A model generated the notes under the pieces. That model made no database searches. It worked only from the letters and a program-made list of their open reading frames with translations, and had not been told where the DNA came from. 64,000 nucleotides of DNA from a virus (taxonomy: Duplodnaviria > Caudoviricetes), in the IMG/VR virus record IMGVR_UViG_2775507207_000001, positions 8,017 to 72,016 of that record, one strand, 5' to 3'. Below, piece by piece: positions 29,680 through 37,413 of the stretch (the first letter of the stretch is position 1; every line of letters starts with the position of its first letter). Made by a program: the position numbers and the translations under genes.

Positions 29680-30949
29680 GCAGCAACCGACCCTTGCGCT
29701 GGTCGACTGCAACAGCTTCTATGCCAGTTGCGAGCGAGTATTCCGGCCGGACTTGGCGAAGGTGCCCATCGTGGTGCTGAGCAATAACGACGGCTGTGTC
29801 ATTGCTCGCAGCTACGACGCCAAGCCATTCATCAAGATGGGCGAGCCGTATTTCCAGATCAAGCACAAGCTCAAGCAACACGGCATTGTCGCGTTCTCCT
29901 CCAACTATGCGCTGTACGGCGACATGAGCGAACGCGTCATGAGTCTGATTGAGGCGATGGTGCCGGCAGTTGAGGTGTACAGCATCGATGAGGCATTTGC
30001 CGATCTGACCGGTGTCGGTGGTTTGGATGCCTTAGGCCGGCAGATCCGCGCCCAGGTACTTCGCTGCACCGGCATACCTGTTGGTGTCGGTATTGCTCAT
30101 ACAAAGACCCTGGCGAAGCTGGCAAACCACACTGCGAAGCGCCTGCAATCGCAGACCGGTGGTGTGGTCAATATCACCGATCCGGTTAAGCGGGACTGGG
30201 TACTGCGTAATACGGACGTGGCGGAGGTGTGGGGCGTTGGCCGAAAGATGAAACTCCACCTCGATGCGATGGGAATCAAGTCTGCAATGGATTTGGCGAA
30301 GGCGGACCCCTGGACGCTCCGTAAGAAGTTCAGCGTTGTGATCGAGAAGACGGCCAGGGAGCTGGGCGACACGCCTTGCTTGGAGCTGGACGACCCGGAT
30401 CCGCCGAAGCAGGAGATCTGCTGCAGCCGGATGTTCGGCCAGCGGCTGACGGAGCTGCCGCCTATCAAGGAAGCGGTGGCCACCTACATGATGCGAGCTT
30501 CTGAAAAGCTCCGCGCCCAGAACTCGCTGTGCAAGACGGTGCGCGTGAGCATCCGTACCGGCATGTTCAATCCAGAGGAGGCGAAGTATGCCAACGGAGT
30601 GGTGGTAGACATGCCATATCCCACCGATGACGTGCGACTGCTAACAAAGGCGGCTGTTGATGCGGTCGATCGTATTTACCGACCAGGCTTCAAATACAGT
30701 AAGGCTGAAGTGATGCTGCTCAACCTGTGTCAGCCCGGCGAGTATACCGATGATCTTTTCGCTATTTCGCAGCCTGCTGAGTCCACCCGTGTGATGACAG
30801 TGCTAGACGAGATTAATGGTCGATGGGGGAGGGGAACGCTGCGGTCTGCCAGCGTTCCCAGCAACCCTGCTTGGGCTATGCGCCGGGAGATGATGAGCCA
30901 CAGTTATACAACGAGAGTGGATCATTTATGGAGAGTCCGTTGCGAGTGA
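29672..30949 (+). CDS. umuC: UmuC/RulB Y-family DNA polymerase
   Basis: DCNSFYASCE, SNNDGC, YSIDE, WAMRRE..S..YTT. Confidence 0.95.
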   Translation: MSKQQPTLALVDCNSFYASCERVFRPDLAKVPIVVLSNNDGCVIARSYDAKPFIKMGEPYFQIKHKLKQHGIVAFSSNYALYGDMSERVMSLIEAMVPAVEVYSIDEAFADLTGVGGLDALGRQIRAQVLRCTGIPVGVGIAHTKTLAKLANHTAKRLQSQTGGVVNITDPVKRDWVLRNTDVAEVWGVGRKMKLHLDAMGIKSAMDLAKADPWTLRKKFSVVIEKTARELGDTPCLELDDPDPPKQEICCSRMFGQRLTELPPIKEAVATYMMRASEKLRAQNSLCKTVRVSIRTGMFNPEEAKYANGVVVDMPYPTDDVRLLTKAAVDAVDRIYRPGFKYSKAEVMLLNLCQPGEYTDDLFAISQPAESTRVMTVLDEINGRWGRGTLRSASVPSNPAWAMRREMMSHSYTTRVDHLWRVRCE

Positions 30950-31039
30950 GCGGATTAGCCTAGTTTAGAATGAAGCACGTACGACAAAATTATGACGAAA
31001 AAAAACAGAATGTCGCTCTGTTGACAAAATCATGACGGC

Positions 31040-31090
31040 AGGTACGATCAAGGCATGCGCCGCAACGCGGCGCATGCCTTGATCGTACCT
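31040..31090. repeat. Perfect 24-bp inverted repeat with a 3-nt loop
   Basis: AGGTACGATCAAGGCATGCGCCGC-AAC-GCGGCGCATGCCTTGATCGTACCT. Confidence 0.95.
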
Positions 31091-31110
31091 ATGCACAAAA
31101 ACTACCTAAC

Positions 31111-31138
31111 AAAAAACCCCGCATTTGCGGGGTTTTTT
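31111..31138. terminator. Bidirectional intrinsic terminator
   Basis: AAAAAACCCCGC-ATTT-GCGGGGTTTTTT. Confidence 0.85.
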
Positions 31139-31152
31139 GGCGAAATAGGCTG

Positions 31153-31467
31153 TCAGGCTATTGCCCGTTCCTCTTTCAATTGATGTGCTCTATCGTTAAT
31201 CACGAACTTGATAATCGACTTGACATCATCAGGGCAGTTCTTAAACGAAATATGCGACAGAACGGTGCGACCACGTTTAAGGATCAGCCCACCGATCAGT
31301 TCGTCCACGAAGGACTGTGTGGCATCTTTGCCCGAAAAATCGATTGCAACATTCTGGCCGGTTTCCAGGCATCGTTCGATTTCCTTTCGAAACGGCGTGG
31401 CAGATGCCCTCATACCCAGCGTGCGGATGCTTTCTGATCCTTTCGCTAAGATGATTTGAGTTTGCAT
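31153..31467 (-). CDS. STAS-like (DUF4325-type) protein
   Basis: VAIDFSG..ATQSFVDELIG STAS signature. Confidence 0.75.
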   Translation of the reverse strand: MQTQIILAKGSESIRTLGMRASATPFRKEIERCLETGQNVAIDFSGKDATQSFVDELIGGLILKRGRTVLSHISFKNCPDDVKSIIKFVINDRAHQLKEERAIA

Positions 31468-31566
31468 GGCGCTTCCCTCGGCAATTTTATGCGTTGTACA
31501 AAATTTATCGTACGCATCAGTGAAAATATTAGCTAGATCTATCTGGTAAGTAAATTGACGCTAGGA

Positions 31567-32598
31567 TCACTCAAAACTGATGTCGTCATCGACTGCATCC
31601 TCTACATCAGGCAGCAGCGCAGCAATTGTGATCTGCGGCAATTTGTCGCGGTTGCAGTGAAAAGAGATAGCAACCCCTTTCCAGGGAGCATTTTCCAACC
31701 GCACTGCGTCGTCCGTTTTTGTGTTCAAGCAAGCGTCTCCGCTTGCTATTACGAGAAAGCCATCAGCTGCCTGAGCAATTCTAGCTGTTGTTGTCAAACC
31801 TACACCTTGATTTTGGCTATCTCCTTCATAGCCAACCAACGGCCCCCGATTACAACTGACGCGAGCGACCAGCGCTGCACGGATAGCAGCTGAATCAGTT
31901 CGTTCCTTAAGCTGAGCGTGCCCTCGGAGGGTTGCAAGGAAGCCACAACCGTTGTCAACGATAGCTAGTCTTACGTCTCCATTTGACTGGAAGTGTTGAC
32001 ATGCGACCCATACCGAAGCCTGAAAATTCCCTTCTTTTTTTGCATGAGAAAGCGCATTTTCTAGGAGTTCTTTTAGCGCGTATTCAATCGGGCGCCTGTA
32101 TGAGTCCATTTCTTCTTGAGTTCGCTCCTCCGCCTCTCCAACCATGGCAACTGCGAGACGCGATGCAATCTCTTCAGATTGGCCATTGACGACCTTAACC
32201 AGCTCAACACATCGATCCGGTTCACCCTGAGGGTTTCTTGCAGTCTCGACATCAATACCGTCAACGCTCAAACCTCCGAAAAACTCCATCCTGATCAGAT
32301 AATCAAGTAGGTGCTGTTGCATCCAGCGCACATGAAAAGTTTTATCGATAGCTGACTCGAGAGTGGCACGGAGCAAAGCCAGACCCAACGGATCGACAAA
32401 CGAAAGCGTCGATGCGTCCAGAATCACATCCCCATCACGATTGGCGATTTGTGAACAGAACTCAAAAATCAAGCCCGGCTCTGAGTCGCTTAGCGTTCGA
32501 GGGAAATAGATAACATCTTCCGTTGTGAGTACATCCTGCTCGACCACACTCAAATCCTTGAAAAATTTTGGCGACAGACTATATCGATGTGCCAGCAT
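31567..32598 (-). CDS. STAS-like plus HATPase (GHKL) protein
   Basis: VILDASTLSFVDPLGL N-terminus; ELLENALSHA, IVDNGCG and NQGVGL GHKL boxes. Confidence 0.8.
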   Translation of the reverse strand: MLAHRYSLSPKFFKDLSVVEQDVLTTEDVIYFPRTLSDSEPGLIFEFCSQIANRDGDVILDASTLSFVDPLGLALLRATLESAIDKTFHVRWMQQHLLDYLIRMEFFGGLSVDGIDVETARNPQGEPDRCVELVKVVNGQSEEIASRLAVAMVGEAEERTQEEMDSYRRPIEYALKELLENALSHAKKEGNFQASVWVACQHFQSNGDVRLAIVDNGCGFLATLRGHAQLKERTDSAAIRAALVARVSCNRGPLVGYEGDSQNQGVGLTTTARIAQAADGFLVIASGDACLNTKTDDAVRLENAPWKGVAISFHCNRDKLPQITIAALLPDVEDAVDDDISFE

Positions 32599-32984
32599 CC
32601 ATTCAATGAGTTGCAGACTGTAAGCTCGTCTGGCCGATGAGTGGCCTCAATCATTTACGCTTATGCTGTATGAATATACAGGATTTTGCAATCAATGAAT
32701 GGCTATATTTTGGCTTTCAGATTTTGAGCACCTATCCCAGTCTGCTACCAGCATTTTTTAGAGAGGTGCCTCAAGCGAGTGGGCATATTCGAGAATCTTG
32801 CGGACCCGAAGTGACGCGACCATGAACTCTGTGCGTAGTGGCGGGATGATCAAGGACTGGTTGCTTAGGAATTGCTACGGGAGCTGATGCGCTACGCCTT
32901 GTATGCAGAGCCTGCTCAACATTTGGGGAGGACTATGTCCAATACATCATCGAAGCAAGGTACAGACTGAATTGACCGAACCCC

Positions 32985-33052
32985 ATGGGGCAAAAATGGG
33001 GCAAACCGTACGCCAATCTATGCCATTCAATGCCAATTATGCATTTATGCAA
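32985..33052. repeat. Putative att arm sites: ATGGGGCAAA x2 and roughly 10-bp-period ATGC(C/A) repeats
   Basis: Direct repeats at 32985 and 32996; ACGCCA/ATGCCA/ATGCCA/ATGCAT/ATGCAA at 33010-33052, about 80-140 bp inside the junction. Confidence 0.55.
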
Positions 33053-33117
33053 CCCTGTGTGATCTAGCTGTATAGCCAGAAAACACGGGGCTGTCCTTCA
33101 AAATACCCCACATACCC

Positions 33118-33165
33118 CTACACAATCGGGGTGTGGGAGGACAGATCGGAGGTGTTTTTACTCAT
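33118..33165 (-). pseudogene. mutS: mutS 5' stub left by prophage integration
   Basis: ATG AGT AAA AAC ACC TCC GAT CTG TCC TCC CAC ACC CCG ATT GTG TAG = MSKNTSDLSSHTP-IV*; MutS normally continues HTP-MMQQY; fluorescens-group tailocins typically lie next to mutS. Confidence 0.85.
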
Positions 33166-33216
33166 TGGGTAATAGGCAAATTCGTTGAAAGTGATGGGGC
33201 AAAGGGGGCGCGTGGT

Positions 33217-33401
33217 CCAGTGTCGATCAGTTTAGAAAGGCGCACGTCAAAACAAAGCAGGTCGAATGTGGGAGCTGTCGAGCTTCAGCGAGGCTGCGAT
33301 GGGATCACCGCCCTGTACCGGCGGGCCGAAGCACCCGCATCGCTGAAGTTCAAAAGCTCCACACCTTGCCCAATCGTGGTCGCTTAACTGATCGGCATTG
33401 G
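33217..33401. mobile_element. MITE-like insert with an internal degenerate REPIN in the mutS leader
   Basis: Terminal IRs CCAGTGTCGATCAGTTTAG / CTTAACTGATCGGCATTGG (16/19); flanking near-direct repeats GGGCGC(G/T)TGG(T/C)CCAG; internal GTGGGAGC...GCTCCACAC pair at 33267-33364. Confidence 0.6.
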
Positions 33402-33488
33402 GCGCTTGGCCCAGCATTTTTTGCGATGGGCGCAAGGTTAACATGCGAAGTCGACCCTTCGCAGGTCGCAAACGACCCGGTAGAAATA

Positions 33489-33535
33489 GAAGAAGGGGCG
33501 GCGCATTTATCAAAATATGCCGCCCCCTTCTTTTT
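33489..33535. terminator. Hairpin downstream of the DUF3077 gene
   Basis: AAGAAGGGGCGGC...GCCGCCCCTTCTT. Confidence 0.6.
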
Positions 33536-33544
33536 ATCGCCCCT

Positions 33545-33826
33545 TTACTGAATGTTGCCGGGCGAATCCAACACCTTCACCACATCATCAACTACCGCCT
33601 TGACCATCTCCTGCAAGTAGTGCGACGCCCACGCATAACGGTCCGTCTCCTTGGTCATCGCCGCATCTTCTGCGAGCAGCTTGGCGACATGGAGAAGATC
33701 GGAGGCGTGGTGCAGGGCTTCTTGCAGGGAAACACCGCTGTTGACGCGGAATAGAGGTTGGTCGGAGTGAAAGGAGAAGGGGGTGACGCCGAGGGTGGTT
33801 AACGCAGGCGGATTTGTAGCGGTCAT
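33545..33826 (-). CDS. DUF3077-family protein
   Basis: LFRVNSGVSLQEALHHASDLL...AWASHYLQEMVKAVVDD; GGGAG RBS. Confidence 0.8.
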   Translation of the reverse strand: MTATNPPALTTLGVTPFSFHSDQPLFRVNSGVSLQEALHHASDLLHVAKLLAEDAAMTKETDRYAWASHYLQEMVKAVVDDVVKVLDSPGNIQ

Positions 33827-33880
33827 CGGTAAAACTCCCATATCAAGTGAGAGCTACCACGTTCGTTATCAGGCGAATGG

Positions 33881-33960
33881 GGTGGCAGCTGTGCGCAGGC
33901 TGATAAACCGGAGATACAGGAACCCGGCAGACCCGAAGGTCTCCCACGCACAGCCGCCAT
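33881..33960 (-). ncRNA. C4 antisense RNA (P1/P7 c4-like)
   Basis: ATGGCGGCTGTGCG-TGGGAGACCTTCGGGTCTGCCGG...CCGGTTTATCAGCCTGCGCACAGCTGCCACC multi-stem structure; complementary CTGATAA sites lie upstream (~34036-42) and downstream (~33866-72). Confidence 0.75.
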
Positions 33961-34239
33961 TGCACGAAATGAGGGGCGAAAAAAAACGCCTGCAAATCGG
34001 GTTTGGTGGCGCTTGTTGCGCCTGCATCTTGACGGGTTATCAGGCCCGGTCGCTGAATTGGCAGCGACGAATGGAAGGGTAGCGTGGTGATAGGGAGGGT
34101 GCAACTGGGAAACTGTGTCCTGGAAATAAATGCGTCCGCTTTTCTCCAGTAGGCAGCATTGGAGAAACACCCCTCCTAGAACGATGTGGCAGGTAATATC
34201 ATGATTCGACTAGTTTGAACTTCGCAACCTGGAAAATTT

Positions 34240-34788
34240 ATGACGAGTACCCTGAAGTATCAGATTCTTGCTGGGCTACCGGGCGAAGGGCCTCTTCCTT
34301 TGCAGTTCAGCGCTACCGGCCAAGGGCACCATAGTGAAGGATTCGTCATCAGGTTCTCGCCAGAGGCGAAGCCTTCTTGGGTGGGGAATTTTCAGCCGGG
34401 TTTTTGCCGCTTCAGTTGCGTTCTGACGCTGGGTTCAACTTTTCATGTGATGATAGTTGCCGGTGGTCAGGGTTATATCGTGGACATTCGTAGCGGCGTT
34501 CTCTTGAAGCATTTCGGTGGCGATATCGAGTACTTGGTCAGCATTCCAGAATTAGACAGCATCCTTGTTTCAAATGGGGTGTGGCTCAGGCTTGTTAAAG
34601 GCGAGGCTGAGGTCTGGTGCTCTGAGCGCCTGTCTCTGGACGGGATTAGAAATATCCAAATCTCGCTCGCGGATGGGATCATTACAGGGGAGGGATGGTA
34701 TGTAGACGATTGCTGGTATCCGTTCAAAGTCTGCATCTCCTCGGGTGAAGCTACGGGAGGAGTTTTCGAGTCGCTTGACTTCAGCTAA
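34240..34788 (+). CDS. Hypothetical protein (182 aa, lower GC)
   Basis: Long ORF with ATG start, beta-rich; no family recognised. Confidence 0.65.
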   Translation: MTSTLKYQILAGLPGEGPLPLQFSATGQGHHSEGFVIRFSPEAKPSWVGNFQPGFCRFSCVLTLGSTFHVMIVAGGQGYIVDIRSGVLLKHFGGDIEYLVSIPELDSILVSNGVWLRLVKGEAEVWCSERLSLDGIRNIQISLADGIITGEGWYVDDCWYPFKVCISSGEATGGVFESLDFS

Positions 34789-35072
34789 GTCCATTTCTGC
34801 GTTTCTGAATGATTAGCTACCGGCCGCTCTGGAAGCAGTTCGCGCCGAATCACCAAGCAGTAACACCGCCATAACTCAGCGATTCATCGTTCTGATCACT
34901 CTTTTTTTCCAGCGCCATTTTTACAACCTGTCACGTTGGGATAAGGCAGGCAGACCAGAATCATTTTACTCTTCGGTTCAAAGCCGATGCGATCAATGCC
35001 GGGAAGGTGATGATCTGGCTTTTCGCAGCATATTAATCCTTCAAAGTTGGAATGACTGCGCGGTCCAATAGG

Positions 35073-35444
35073 CTATTTTGACCTACGCCCACTAGCCGGA
35101 AACAACCCTCGGATCACCCCAAGAAACGCCGCAAACAGATTGATTGAAGTCGCCGTAGTGATAGCAATCAACACATTGTCCGAGAACGGCGCTTTGCCCG
35201 AGTAATACGTCGACCACCCATTCCACACCAGTAAAACCGCCCAGAAGATCACACCACAAGCGGCAAACCAAAACGCCCGACCCGCATATTTCTTGCGCAG
35301 TTGCCTTTCGGCCTTCTGGTCTTTGAGGTTCTGGTTTCTTTCATCGTCGGTGCCTATGGCTTGCTCGCCACCGGCTTGGGTGTCCTGGTCAGGCCCTGCC
35401 GCGGGGGGCAGGGTGAGTTCCAGGTTGTCGAGTTCTTCACTCAC
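35073..35444 (-). CDS. Putative membrane toxin paired with the Panacea antitoxin
   Basis: GTG start overlaps the antitoxin stop; two TM helices after a basic stretch. Confidence 0.65.
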   Translation of the reverse strand: MSEELDNLELTLPPAAGPDQDTQAGGEQAIGTDDERNQNLKDQKAERQLRKKYAGRAFWFAACGVIFWAVLLVWNGWSTYYSGKAPFSDNVLIAITTATSINLFAAFLGVIRGLFPASGRRSK

Positions 35445-35925
35445 GGATGCGGCTCTTTGGGTGAATGAGTGTTGCCATGTCTTCCCAGTCGATGGCGGAA
35501 CCGTCGGCGCCCTTGAGGGCCCAGGCTGTGCCGTCCTCGTGGGAGAGGTTGGACAGTTGGGTGCCAGACCACTTGCCGTATTTGTTGATGATCCGGTCAA
35601 TCAAACGATGGGTGTAGGTGTCGCTCTCAGGCACTCTCGGTGTCACGAACACAATATCTTCGGCGTCGGGCTTCAGATTGCTGAGCAACGACGTCACCGG
35701 ACGATTACCGTAGGATTTCAACTCATGGTAAAGCGACGGGATGACCGGACCATATTGCCAGCGGGCAAAGTGATCATCCATAAGGGGCTGATCCCGTTCG
35801 CGCAAATGCCAGGACTGCGTATAAAACAGCAGTTTTTGCAGCTTCATGGGCGTCAGGCCCGAAAGCTTGCCTTCCTTCGCACGTTCAATGAAGGCGTTAG
35901 CGACAGCTAGCGCTGAATAAGCCAT
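35437..35925 (-). CDS. Panacea/SocA (DUF4065) antitoxin
   Basis: LTPMKLQKLLFY, WQYGPVIPSLY, LSNLSH..GTAW. Confidence 0.9.
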   Translation of the reverse strand: MAYSALAVANAFIERAKEGKLSGLTPMKLQKLLFYTQSWHLRERDQPLMDDHFARWQYGPVIPSLYHELKSYGNRPVTSLLSNLKPDAEDIVFVTPRVPESDTYTHRLIDRIINKYGKWSGTQLSNLSHEDGTAWALKGADGSAIDWEDMATLIHPKSRIRE

Positions 35926-36046
35926 GAGCACCTCCGTCGTTGCTGGCTACGTTGTCCAAGAGTTTTATACATAGGCCTTGAGTTGTCGACATGCAAGGTG
36001 TCGACCGGCAGCAATACCAAGCTGTCGGATAATAGAGCGTCGATAA

Positions 36047-36062
36047 CTGGTTGCATATACAG
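36047..36062. promoter_or_regulatory. LexA box between the TA pair and prtR
   Basis: CTGGTTGCATATACAG (CTG-N10-CAG). Confidence 0.65.
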
Positions 36063-36158
36063 TATTTTGATTCAAGTTAAGTGAAAGACGCGTGTTTAAT
36101 GCATAAATATGCAAATTAGCATTTGCCAACCCCAAAAACTCCCGTCACTATCCGCGCT

Positions 36159-36893
36159 ATGCAAAAACGCAACGTTTCTATCGTCTTAAGAGAGCTGCTG
36201 GACCGCGACCGGATCTCCCCCACGGAGCTTCACCGGCGCACTGGCGTGCCTCAATCCACACTGTCCCGGATCCTCAGCGGCAAGATCGTTGATCCGTCGG
36301 ATAAACACATCTCCCGTATCGCCGAGTATTTCCGCGTGAGCACTGATTACCTGCGCGGGCGCGCGGCAGTGGGTGCTTTGCGCGATGACGGGCGTGACCC
36401 GATGCATTCGGAACTCAAGGACATAAGCCTGTGGGACGACGACACCCCCGTTAATGATGACGAGGTGTCGATCCCCTTTCTGCGCGAGGTTGAATTGGCT
36501 GCTGGATCAGGAAGATTCGTCATCGAGGAAAGCGAGAAGGCCAGCCTGCGGTTCGGCAAGCGCAGCCTGCGGCATAACGGTGTGCAGTTCGACCAGGCCA
36601 AGTGCGTGACGGTACGCGGCAACAGTATGTTGCCGGTGTTGCGCGACGGCGCCACGGTAGGGGTGAATGCCGGCAAGAGCGGCATTGGCGATATCGTCGA
36701 TGGTGACTTGTATGCCATCAATCACAACGGCCAGTTGCGGGTTAAACAGCTCTACCGCCTGCCTTCCGGCATTCGCCTGCGCAGCTTCAATCGTGATGAG
36801 CACCCCGATGAGGACTACAGCTTCCAGGAGATCCAGGATGAGCAGATCAGTATCCTCGGTCATGTTTTCTGGTGGGGCATGTACGCCCGCTAA
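36159..36893 (+). CDS. prtR: PrtR-like repressor (HTH plus S24 peptidase)
   Basis: HTH (VPQSTLSRIL), ELAAGSG cleavage site, GNSM, RVKQL. Confidence 0.88.
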   Translation: MQKRNVSIVLRELLDRDRISPTELHRRTGVPQSTLSRILSGKIVDPSDKHISRIAEYFRVSTDYLRGRAAVGALRDDGRDPMHSELKDISLWDDDTPVNDDEVSIPFLREVELAAGSGRFVIEESEKASLRFGKRSLRHNGVQFDQAKCVTVRGNSMLPVLRDGATVGVNAGKSGIGDIVDGDLYAINHNGQLRVKQLYRLPSGIRLRSFNRDEHPDEDYSFQEIQDEQISILGHVFWWGMYAR

Positions 36894-36910
36894 CCTCCAC
36901 GCGTAAGAAG

Positions 36911-36937
36911 AAACCCGCCCATGTGCGGGTTTTTTTT
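36911..36937 (+). terminator. Terminator after prtR
   Basis: AAACCCGC-CCATGT-GCGGGTTT with T tract. Confidence 0.8.
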
Positions 36938-36979
36938 CGCCCCTAAAAAACCGGCCAAGCCCAAGCCCGCAAGGCTTCC

Positions 36980-37053
36980 AATGCATTAATGCATTTCCAT
37001 GGTAAAAATAAATGCATCTGTGCATTGACTGTATATGCATACATGCATATTCT
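36980..37053 (+). promoter_or_regulatory. Sigma70 promoter of the tailocin operon with ATGCAT operator-like repeats and a near-SOS box
   Basis: TTGACT (37025-30), 17 bp spacer, TATTCT (37048-53); CTGTATATGCATACAT; several ATGCAT palindromes, also present upstream of prtR. Confidence 0.75.
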
Positions 37054-37060
37054 TCACCTC

Positions 37061-37413
37061 AAGCCAGCCAACAAGGCCTGGTGGAGGCGGCAAGGATGCT
37101 GCCAAGGAAGACAAGGAAGGCACGCAACATCGGCAAGGACGCCATCGAAGCGATGGCAGGGATGCCAGGCAACACCGGCAAGGATGCCGACGCTCTTTAG
37201 TTTCAACGCTTCAACAACAGGCAGCGATGAACCGGCCTTAACGGTTCAGAGGGTTGGCAACTGACCCGGGTGTGCAGCGTAAAGCACCAGAAGCAGTTAT
37301 CCGGCAGACAGGGATCGTGGTCGGAAAAACATCGAGGAAAGGACCGTACCGCGCCAGTAGCGCCGAAAGTCCGAGGACAGCATTACTGAAAAGCCCGGGC
37401 GACCGGGCTTTTT
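37061..37413 (+). ncRNA. Structured leader RNA with GGA hairpins, a boxA-like site and a terminator
   Basis: Four stem-loops with (A/G)GGA loops at 37086-37189; CGCTCTTTA at 37191-99; terminator at 37390-37413. Confidence 0.6.

Larger units (their letters stand above)
1..33135 (+). mobile_element. Temperate prophage (lambda-like head, P2-like contractile tail), right-hand part; right boundary at the mutS 5' stub
   Basis: Contiguous replication, cos, head, tail and lysis genes; att-arm-like repeats at 32985-33052; mutS N-terminal peptide is truncated at the junction; integrase and repressor are presumably left of the window. Confidence 0.93.

Noticed and set aside
33194-33203. Third ATGGGGCAAA copy upstream of the mutS stub as an arm site of an older element
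   Set aside because: Single copy on the host side of the junction; could be chance or native leader sequence and cannot be resolved without comparison
34800-35070. Intergenic stretch as a gene remnant or sRNA
   Set aside because: No convincing ORF, repeat or structure could be identified by eye
37086-37189. GGCAAGGATGCC repeats as a CRISPR array
   Set aside because: Units are about 12 bp, irregularly spaced and degenerate, and no cas genes are present; better explained as RNA hairpins
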